Assembly: GCF_001194135.2 (NCBI RefSeq)
Contig: NC_068993.1
Span: 43,602,954-43,666,953, forward strand
DNA length: 64,000 nucleotides
Reading direction: 5' to 3'
DNA from: Octopus bimaculoides
Taxonomy: Eukaryota
The first letter of the stretch is position 1. Every line of letters starts with the position of its first letter. Under the pieces are notes generated by a model. It was not told where the DNA came from. It did no database searches and was given only the letters and a program-made list of their open reading frames with translations. The translations under genes and the position numbers were made by a program. This document shows, one piece after another, positions 11,201 through 23,200 of the stretch.

Positions 11201-14200
11201 CAATATACCCATCATGACTACCCGTCTGATAAGGGTACACCAGGCACATGCATCACAACCATATGTGCACAACATGGTGATCTCATATCAAGATAAACAA
11301 TGCATGACCTCACAGGTGGGGGCCCAGTTAGAATTTTCTTCAGGTCGAGTAGCCCATCCCACTCAAAAGGTCCCTGAATAAGGTTTGTTTCCAAAGGTGA
11401 ATTATTCAAAATTATTATTATTGATAATAATAATAATAATAATGATGATGATGATATAAGGTGGCGAACTGGCAGAATTGTTAGCATGCAGGGCAAAAAT
11501 GCTTAGCGGCATTTTGTCTGTCTTTATGTTCTAAGTTCAAATTCTGTCAAGGCTGACTTGGCCTTTCATGCTTAAAGGTTCGATTAAATAACTACCGGTT
11601 GAACACATTGATGTCAATATAATTGACATGCTTTTCCTCTCAAATTACTGGCCTTGTGCCAAAATTTGAAAGAATTATTATTATTTCTGTTTAGGCAGTG
11701 AGCTAACAGAATCATTATCATGCCGGGCTGAATGCTTAATGACATTTCATCTGTCTTTACATTCTGAGTTCAAAATCTGCCATGGTCGACATCACCTTTC
11801 ATTCTTTCGGCGTTGGTGAAAGAAGTACAAGTTACACACTGGGCTCAATGTAATCAATTAGCCTCCTCCCCCAAAATTTCAAGGCTTGTGCCTGTAGTAG
11901 AAAGGATTATTACTATATATTCCTAGATTTAGAGTTATGTTCTATGTAGTCATTGTTTTTAAAACTGAATCAATTATTTAGTTCATTTTTACATCCATTT
12001 TTCTATGCCAGCATGAGTTAGACATTGTATATTATTTAGGTATTGTGTAACAGCCAGATGCCCTTCCTGGCACTATCCCTTACTTTTTAAGTAATGGATC
12101 TCTTCTTTCACATGAAGCAAGTGGATTATTTGTTAACAGAAGAAATGACAGTTATGTCACTGCTTGTTGTTCAGAAATTTTTGGAGTAACACAAATATAA
12201 ACAAACAAATGGACACACATACACAATGCACTCTCACACACATGCACATATACATGATGCTCCTTTCAGTTTCCTTCTGTGAAATCAACTCACAAGACTT
12301 CAGTTGGTCCAGCATTATAGTAGAATATACTTGCACAAAGAGCCATGCAAAACCACTTGGTAGGCACATGGCTTAGTATTTCGGGTGTTGGACTCATGAT
12401 CATAAGATTGTGGTTTTGATTCCTGGACTGGACGATGTGTGGTGCTCTTGAGCAAAACTTCATTTCACGCTGTTCCAGTCCACTCAGCTGGCAAAAATGA
12501 GTAATCCTGTGATGGACCGGTGTCCCACCCAGGTGGGGAATATATATGCCAAGGAAACCGGGAAACCAACCCTTATGAGTCAGCATGACTTGAGAAGGTA
12601 ACTTTACTTTATGTGATAGGGAAATAAACTCTCTAACCACACAGCCATACCTGCACCTACATTTAGGGACCAAGTAAATAATTTTACCACATTGTTTCAG
12701 TTTCGGACCCTTAATAATATCCCTTGGTTTCTATTTTTTGCCTATTTCAGGTGACAATTATAGTATCTGATGTAAATGACTGTGCCCCAAGATTTACGTC
12801 GCCAACTGAAATATGGGTGGAAGAAAACGCTCCAATTAATACTATTGTGTACAACATTAAAGCAATAGACGATGATGATGATGGGCCCAATCAGAACATC
12901 AAATACTCCATCACTGCTTCTACTGGTCCATTCTCTATTAGACCAGATGACGGAAGCTTAAGATTGATGTCATCTTTGGACAGAGAGTCTCGAGATACTT
13001 ACTATTTGACTATCAAGGCAACAGATGGAGGGACACCCATGTTATCGTCCACAATTGACATTGTTGTCCATGTAAAAGACGAAAATGATAACAATCCAGT
13101 GTTCTTCCCAAAGCAATATCAAGCAAACATAAGTGAAAGCAAGCCTGTTGGTACTATTTTATTGCGGGTCACCGCTACAGATCTTGACATAGGTCTGAAT
13201 GGTATGGTTCGGTGAGTATTGCTTAAATTTTACTGTTTCTTAGCTTTATTTTTTAAATTAGAAAGTATCATCTTCATCATTACCATTTTCTTTTAATGTC
13301 CATCTTTCCTGCTGACATAATTTTGAAGGTTTGACATTATTTTAGTGCTTTGACAGGATTTATGACTGCATCCAGTTCCAGTGTCTGCTTTGGCTTGGTT
13401 TCTACAGCTGGATGTTCTTCCTAACACTGAAGTATAGTGGGTGCATTTTTCCACTTTACAAAGTGTAGTGGTTGCTTTTTTTTTTTTCATGGAGCCATCA
13501 ATAGTGAGGTTACCATGCAGCTCATGTGACTCAGATCCCCTTCAATTGAATGGGGTTTCAATTAAGTTTTATGCTAGGGGATGAGAAGTTAAAGTAATTC
13601 ATTTATTTTAGCTTTGTTGAATAAGCAAATGTCATAATTTGTCTATCTCTCATTGTTGCTCAATGTAGGGTGAGGGCCTTACTGGCCACTGCTATTAAGT
13701 TGACCAACAGGCCATATGAGATGTGATATTTTGGAGTCTTCCACATCCTAACAGAGGACAAAGATCCTTCCAACTACATTGATATTATTGGCAGAAACAC
13801 ACATGAAATTCAGGATGTTTCAAAGCCAAAAGGGGACAGAGATATCAGGTGCAGCATTGTGAAACATATCTCAGTTGCTACACGTGGAGAAGAAAAAGAA
13901 GTCTATGTGTCTGTGTAACTTATGAACAGAGATGCACACATTATACATGTACCTTATAATTATGTGTGGTTGTGGGATTCAGGTAGTGCAGTACTGATCA
14001 CATGGTCACCAGTTCAACTCTTATTAATATAGCCATTGTGTTGTGTGCATCAATGAACAGAGCATGTAATTATTCTTGCTCTAATTTAGCTGATTGATAT
14101 GAAACGACTTTCAACCTTTACTTTATGGTTGAGTAATTAGCAGTCAAAAAGTATCCAGAACCTGTTCTTATGGAAACCATCTCATTTGTATCAGTTTTTT

Positions 14201-17200
14201 CCCATACAGTGTAGATCCAGGAGGACTCTTTAATCTTATCTTTTTAATGGTAGCACCATGGTTCTAGATGGCGATGAATAAGCAAAAGCAACCTAGGATC
14301 CAGAGGACACTTTTGTCTTGTTTTGTTGAAGACAATGCAACTTTTGTAGTGGTACTGCCATGATAAAAGTGACCTAGTATATTCTGGTGATGACTAAGCA
14401 GACACCGTGTATTGTTAAGAGAACACTGTTGCCTTGTCTTGAGGATATGACGGCTGTCTAGTGGTAGATCCATAGTAGACGGCACCTTCTACATTCTGTA
14501 AAGTGCTTTATGAATGAGGAAAGACACCATAGTCCAAAGACCCCTTTTGCCTTTCCTGACGGACATGGCCAGCATGGAAGACTAACATTGAAGGATGATG
14601 ATGTTAACTCTTTGAATTAGGAAAAACATCAATCCATAGAAGCCATGTTGTTGGCACTCTGTTGCTTACGACGTCGAGGGTTCCAGTTGATCCGATCAAC
14701 GGAAACAGCCTGCTCGTGAAATTAATGTGCAAGTGGCTGAGGACTCCACAGACACGTGTACCCTTAACGTAATTCTCGGGGATATTCAGCATGACACAGT
14801 GTGACAAGGCTGACCCTTTGAATTACAGGCACAACAGAAACAGGAAGTAAGAGTGAGAGAAAGTTGTGGTGGAAGAGTACAGCAGGGTTTGCCACCATCC
14901 CCTGCCGGAGCCTCGTGGAGCTTTAGGTGTTTTCGCTCAATAAACACACACAACGCCCGGTCTGGGAATCAAAACCGCGATCCTATGACCGCAAGTCCAC
15001 TGCCCTAACCACTGGGCCATTGCGCCTCCACAATAGAAGCCATAGCAGAAATAAAAAGTATGAGTGACACCTGATCCTTTAATCTGCCTAGGTGGGCCAT
15101 AGTAACTCTTTAACTAAGTACCAGCTTAGACTATAACGACTCATCCAACTTATACCAACATGGAAAACGGGTCTAAAACAATAGTGATGAAGATGATGAT
15201 ACTCCACAATCTCCTTCTTCTGTGATGTGCAGCCATTATGTACTCTCTACTACATTGACTTAGTGCCGTCCTCAATAACGATTTGCTGCTGTTATAGCTT
15301 TAGTTTATTAAGTAGAACAGATTTCGTAAAGCTTTTCCACTAACTAAACTCAAACATTTCAGAACAGATATTAACAAAATCAATTGAGCTCAGATGGTAA
15401 TGTGTGGGTGGTAGGGGTGGGTAGGGTGGTAAGATTATCTTTTAAAAATTCTTCAGTAATTTGTTTCAATGGCAACATTCAGGAACTTTTCAATATTGTT
15501 TTGTTGACATATAATGCTGTTGTTGTTTAACTCTCTTCTTCTCATCATCATTATTATTATTATTATTATTATTATTAAGATTATAAAAAAATTATAAAAT
15601 AGTATTATTATTAAGATTATAAAAATAAAATTAAAAAATCATCATCGTCTCTTCTAATACCTATTTCTAGTTTTATTTAAAATCAAACGTATTGATTATT
15701 GCAGTGCTAATCGAAGAAATAAATAAACAAACAAAAATTTGCACTAATATCACTAGCAGCCCCATCATCAACACCACCACCACCACCACCTTTCATGTTT
15801 TAGCATTGTGTTTCTCTTATGTAGTTGATTGATGAAGCAACAGTAAATTATATAATTCCTGATCTTTACCGACAAAAACATCAAACAACTCCTTCACCCA
15901 TTCACCACTTCTATTTATTAATTTGATTCAATCTCCTCTTCTTGTTTAGGTACTTTATCATTGAAGGCGATGATAACCAAGATTTCAGTCTTGATCAGAG
16001 CAGTGGTTTGTTGCGAATACAGAAACAATTGGATTACGAACGGAAGAAGTCTTACCACATTATCATTCAATGTGAAGATAACGGGGTCGAAGCCCGTAAT
16101 GACACGGCAGCTGTTTATATCTCCATAGTTGACATTAACGATAATGCTCCAGTATTTGTTGACTCACCTTTTCTAGCTTATGTCCAAGAGAATATGGAGA
16201 AGTTGCCCGTCCATGTTAGTATATTGTCAGCAAGAGATGATGATTCACATCTGTACAGCCGGATAACGTATGCTTTTCGTGATGGTGACCGAAATATTTT
16301 TCATATAAATTCAAGCTCAGGGGAAATAACTGCTAGTCGAAAACTTGATCGAGAAGTTCAATCTACCTATAGACTCACTGTTATAGCTACCGATTCAGGT
16401 AAGAACCTTAATGATGTTTCTGTGTGCCAGAAGGTTTCTTGCTATCAAGAAGCTACATGCCTACTCTCATGCAATGGGTTTCCTATAGCGTGTGTTTGTT
16501 GTGTGTGTGTAAGAGAGAAAGAGAGAGACTTTCCATTGTCTTGATGTTGTTTCCATGCTGTGTAAAAACAATATCACTGCTTAAGGGATGATGTCTTTGT
16601 TTATAATCTGCTGTGAAGGCATCTCCAGCCATTGAGTTTTTCATTGCTTTAAAGGACTAGGGGAAACAAGTGGGAAGACCATGTGCCCACAAGAAAATCG
16701 TTGAGCCATAGAAATGGTTTTTCAGTAAGTTTCATCTGACCCATACTAGCAAGGAATATTGGATGATATCATAACAATGATCACACACACTGCACATATA
16801 TGTGTATGCACATACTTTAAGGGTGAAATCCCAGCATGGCCACAGCTCAGTGAGTGGAACCCATAAAACAATATAAGAATATACTTCAAATTTGGAAAAA
16901 TAAACATCTGTTGCTTTACAAACTTTTATACATTTTTTTCAAGTGTCATATTGGTCTAAGGTCTAGTCCCACTGTCTTTTACTCCATCCCTAGGCTGACC
17001 AGTGTCATATGAGTGAGATTGGACAGAAACTGTATGAGAGCTTGATGTGTATATGTGTGTGTGTATTAACCTCCCCAGTGGGGAATTGAACCCTGGTCTC
17101 CCACATGATAGGTGTTGATACTTACCACTATGGCTCAGTGATTAGAGTGTCAGCCTCACAATCATGAGGTAGTGAGTTTGATTCTCAGACTGGACTATGT

Positions 17201-20200
17201 GTTGTGTTCTTGAGCAAGACGCTTTATTTCATGTTGCTCCAGTTCACTCAGCTGTTGAAATGAGTTGCGGCCTCACTGGTGCCAAGCTGTATTGACCTCT
17301 GCCTTTCCCTTGGATAACATTGGTGGTGTGGAGAAGGAGGCTGGTATTCATGGGTAACTACTGGTCTTCCATAAACAACCGGACCTTTACCCCTGAGGGT
17401 AACTTTCTAGATGTAATCCCATGGTCATTCATGACTGAAGGGGGTCTTTATCCTTGTGTGTGTGTGTGTGTGAAGGTTGGCATTTCCTTTTGGCACATGA
17501 GAGAAGAAGAAAAAAAGAAAATGGTGTTGTTGTATTTACGTTTTGGTGTACATAACATAATTTCAAAGTAATGGAATAAAAACTTTTGTATTTGTAAAGC
17601 AGGAAAGAGTTAGTGACAGGAAGAGCATCCAGATGTAAAAATACTGCTTCAAGTAAGCACCCATCCAACCAATGCCAGTATAGACAAGTGGATGTTAAAC
17701 ATAAACAAATATACAAATATTTGTTAACCAGTTGTCAGTCTTTGTGGAGGTACAAGGCGTAGTGGTTAGGGTGTTGGACTCATGTTCGTAAAATTGTGGT
17801 TTCAATTTCTGGGTCGGGCAATGTATTGTGTTCTTGAGCAAAACACTTCATTTTACGTTACTCCAGTCCATTCAGCTAGTAAAAATAAGTAATCTTGTAA
17901 TGGACTGGCATCCCATCCAGAGAGAAATACATACACCAGAGAAACCGGGAAACCAGCAGTTGTCGATCTTAGACTACAATGTATTATCGTGCTGATGAGT
18001 TAAATGTATAATAATAAGCGTGCTAAAGAAAGAGGTTAGGTTATAAATTAATTATGCTTATCTCTTGTTTATCTCAGGGTCTCCTCCATTGACTGGTACT
18101 GGTACTGTGAACATTGAAGTACAAGATATAAATGATAACACCCCTGTCTTCCTGCAGCCACACTATGTAGGTTACATTGATGAGAATCAACATGAAAACT
18201 CTTCTATTGTGACTGTGAAAGCTTCAGACAAAGACGAAGGAATTAATGCTTTGATCAGGTGAGCTTTCAGGTTTACTCATAATGTCTTTGTTCTTTTGTT
18301 ATATATTAATCTGTCTTTACTCCTGTATAAGTTGCACTACTTTAATCTTGATTTTAACTGAAAAAACTTGGGTGCAGAATAAATTTTGTTAATGAAACTG
18401 TTTCTAAACAGTTAATTCCAAATCATATCAAGGGCAATAATCCATTAGTCATTTTCATTATGGTGTCTAACATAAGAGCTAGGAGGATTTAGATTTTATA
18501 AGGTGAGAAGAAATAGAAACCTCTAGATGCCTTGTTGTTCCAAAGAACCTTAGTAATTACATCATAATAAAATTACCAAATATTTATAATAATTATCAAC
18601 AAATATTTATGAGCATAATTCCCTATTTCGTTTTGGATTTTGTTATATTCTTCTTGTGTTTTGTTATCTCTCTTAGATTACTAGATTAACATACCATGTT
18701 TTTTTTTGTTGTTTTTTTTTTTAATAAAGATCCATAGATATGATCCCTTAAGATAACTACAGCATTAACTGACTAGACTGATAATATATATCTTGATGGT
18801 GAGAATGCTTCAAAACACTGTTCAAGAACAGAAATACTGTGCCCTCCTTGATATGTTAATATTTCATTCAACTGAAATAATGCAGTTCAGAAATAGTTTC
18901 TGTTATAAGTTACATAAATCTATAGAATGTGTTTGATCAAACACAGTAGTTATAATACACAAGGTATATTTTTCTCAAATGAGTTCAATAATCAAATGCA
19001 TGCAGATCATCATCATCATCATTGTTTAATGTTTGCTTTCCCTGCTGGCATGGGTTGGACGGTTTGACTGAGGACTGGCAAGCCAGGAGGCTGCACCAGG
19101 GTCCAATCTGATTTGGCAAGGTTTCTACAGCTGGATGCCTTTCCTAACACCAACCACTCTGAGAGTGCAGTAGGTGCTTTTTACATGCTATCAGCACTAG
19201 TGAGGCCACTATGCAGCTTGCAAGACTACAAACCCCAAGTGGTGAGGAGGTGGGGCAACTGTATGCTAGGTGAATAAGAAGTGGATAGTGGTAAAATATA
19301 AAAGAAAACGACTGAAATAGAGGAGCTACATAGCCACTCACATTTTAGAAGAGAGGGTGAGTGAAGGTGGAGTGAAGAATTTAAACTGGAAATTTATAAC
19401 ATCATGATAAGAAAGAATTTTTATAGAAAAGTTATATTGAAGAATTTTCATAGAAAACTTATGACATTATATTGTGGAATAAGAATTTATGCTAGTATTT
19501 ATTCAACAGTCTTACATAGCTAAAAGTTTTTTTTACTTTTTTTTTTATGTGCTTTGAACATTTTTAAATCTTCAGATGTGACCAGAATCCCTCCTTTTCT
19601 ATAGCATCTACCCAGAAATAATGTCTGCATTCATCTTAATTCAAATCTTACATTCTAAAGAATTACAACGACTTATCTTATAGGAGAGTTTTTTTATTTA
19701 AAAAAAAAATTAAAAGCTTAGCTAAGTTCTTTATGATTTGACCAAAAGAAATTTGTATAAAAACCAACAAATAAATTAAGAAAGTAAGTTTGAAATTGTC
19801 TTCAGTGGCTGCAGACTGGATAGAAATGAAAAATAAAGTTGATTACAGAATCGACATGACAAAGCTGAATTTATATATAGGAAAAAGAAAAAGAAAACTA
19901 GATAAAAAGAAGAAATGAGATTATATAATCTCAGTTGGAAACTTATTATTGTCTCATGATTAATCTACCTGCAGAAAACCAAGAAATTGCTTGTGGTTTG
20001 GATTAAAATTAGTGCTGACATTAATAAGTCTTCATTAGAAAACATAATCATTGATTTACTTTCATTTTATCACACTTGGAGAACATTGAAAATATCTGTG
20101 GGTTTCAGTTTTTTGTTTTGTTGAAGTTTCTTTTGTTTTTTTGTCTGTTTTTGTTTCTTGTTTTGTTTTTACCTCTTGATGTTTGTTTTATGTTTTATAA

Positions 20201-23200
20201 GAAGAATACTGTCTAAATCAAACTGATAATAAATAGTATTTGTTATAGTCAATAATAATAATAATAATAATAACATTGTCATTTTTGACTAAAGGATTTA
20301 TTTATTGATGAAAGAAGAAACATTAAATAATAATAATCCTTCCTACTAAAGGTACAAGGCTTGAAATTTTAGGATAGGGGACTAGTAGATGACATCGACC
20401 CCAGTGTTTCACTGGTACTTAATTTATCGACCCTGAAAGGAATAAAAGGCAAAGTCAAGCTTGGTGAATAATAAAAGCATTGCGTTATTTCAGACTAAAG
20501 GATTTATTTATTGATGAAAGAAGAAACATTAAATAATAATATTAATATTAATAATCCTTTGTACTATGAAGCAAAAAACAAAAGGTTTGAAATTTTGGTG
20601 TAGGCGGTAAGTTAATTATATTGGCCCCCAAGAATCAAGTGGTACTTGATTTAGCAACTTTGAAAGGATGAAAAGCAAAGTCGACCTCGGCAGAATTTGA
20701 AGTCAAAATGTAAAGACTGGCAAAATTCCACTAAGTATTTTGCCCAGCATGCTAACAATTCTGCCAGCTTTTCTCAATAATAATACTAATAATAATGATA
20801 ATAATAATAATAATGGTTTCAAATTTTGGCACAAGGCTAACAATTTTAGAAGGATGGGCTAAGTCGATTACATCGACCCCAGTGCTCAACTGGTAGTTAT
20901 TTTATCAACCCCAAAAGGATGGAAGGCAATTTTGAGGAGTGAAGGTTAGCTGCTACCATTGATCTCCAGTATTTGACTGGTACTGACCCCAGAAGGATGA
21001 AAAGTCAAGCTGACATCAGTAACATTTGAACACAGAATGTAAATAGCTTGAAAAAATGCCACATTTTGTCCAACTCCTTAATGATTTTGCCATCTTATTA
21101 CCATAATAATAATGATTTTAGCAAAAGGCCAGTAGTTTTTAGAAGTGGAGAAGGTCAGTTACATTAATCTCCCCTTAATCCCATCCAGTACTTGACTGGC
21201 AGTTTTTTTTATCAACCTTGAAAGTTGACCTCAATGACATTTGAACCCTGGAAGTTGACTTCAGTGACATTTGAACCTTGAACGTTAATCTCAGTGACAT
21301 TTGAACCTGCAACATAAAACCAGAAGGAATGTCACTAAGCATTTTATCTGATGTGCTAACAATTCTGGTTGCTTGCTGTCTTGATTTTTGAGATTCACAT
21401 ATTGATCAGCTTTTGAACGTACACCAACCATTTCTGATTAGATTCCTTGAAATGGTTTTAATGAGTGGTTAAGTAGCATTAACCAGTACAAGTTACATAA
21501 CAACAGCTCAAAATATGTAGTTGTTGTTGTGCTGGTGAGAACACATGGCTTAGTGGTTAAGGTGTTGCATTCACAATAACAGAATCAGGTTTCAATTTCT
21601 GTACTGGGTGTGGTGCATTGTGGTTTTAAGCAAAAGACTTTTTATTTCATGTTGCTCTGTAATCACTTCAACATCTGCCGTGCGGTACACCATGCATCTG
21701 TACATGAAATGTTGATTTGATGGAGGAAATGGGCAGTAGAAACATTTGATCACTAAAAACAAATTACCTGTGCAGGTTGTTCAGCAAGAAATTTCAGAGC
21801 CCTAATCTGTCGAAGTCCACCGTTGTTATAGCTCGTTTTTGTTTTAATGTCCTCTTGAAATTAAATTAACGACTTCTATTTCGTTGCAGATATTCTCTGA
21901 TATCTGACTTGGATGGCAAGTTTACTATTGATCCAGCGAGGGGAACAATTATGGCAACTGCATCATTTGATCGAGAAAAACAAGACCAATATAAGTTCTT
22001 TGTGGTAGCTGAAGATGCTGGCTACACTCCAAGAACAGCAACAGCTGCAGTGACAGTTAATGTGCGAGACAGAAACGATAACAAGCCAAAGTTTAATCAG
22101 AAATCATATAACAGATTTATTTACCATCCAACAGTAAAAGGTATTTTACAGTTATTGCCTATTGTTGTGTTTTGATGACTTTCTTTAACAATTTATGTGG
22201 ACACCTTTCAACAGGTATTTTTTGTTTTGTTTTTTTCTTCCTTTCTTTTTTTTTTTTTTTTTTTTTTGTTACATTGAACTTGATTTATTTATGTCATCTC
22301 GAATATATAGAGTCATTCAATTAAAGGATCAACTTAATGGTGATAATATTTAAAGAAATGTAACCATAGAAGTGTATCAGAGGAGGAAATTGGAAATCTA
22401 TAAGTACCTTTGCGTCTGGTCTTTCATTACACACAGTTACACGCACACGCGCACGCACACACACCCACGCATTCTCACACACACATGCATATATCCACAC
22501 TATTTCAGCTACTGTGACTATAAAGGATAGACACATACAGCTTGTATATGTGTTGTCTGCCCACTGATATTTTCTATGTTTGTTCTGACACACACACTAC
22601 ATGAGACTGAGAGCATGGCAGTTTCAACATTAATTCATTGATGCTCATTTATTCATTAATTTGTCTTTACTTCCGTTTTTACTTTCTATGTTGGCATGAG
22701 TTAGAGGAATCTGTTATTGAGGTGATGTTTTACAGTCTGGTATCCTTCTTGACACATTTGGTTCAAACACACTGGCTCTGAATTACATCACCCCCTGTTT
22801 GTGTGTGACAGCTATCAATTAGCTCTTAGTTTGCTATTATCAAAAATATTCCATCCATGAACAACCATTCGTTTTCCAAACATAGCATATCTTGAACTAC
22901 ATTATGTAATGGATGCTTTCCACCTTTAAGATGGTAGGGTGTTATTTGAGGGAAATTTTGCTACCATTTCTTGTGAGTTGAGTGACCATGTAGAAAATTC
23001 CCTCATTGTTGATTTGAGACTGTTGTTGCCTAACAACAGGGAAGTCCTGATGAAGCTGACCCATGATCAAAGGCATTCCAGCCATATGTCTTGTGTGCAA
23101 GAAATTGGTAATGTAATATCCCTTGTATCCCATTTTGTTTTTTAGATGATATAATGGTTTTTCCAAGAAATTTGACTACTATATCTAACAAGTTGAGGGA

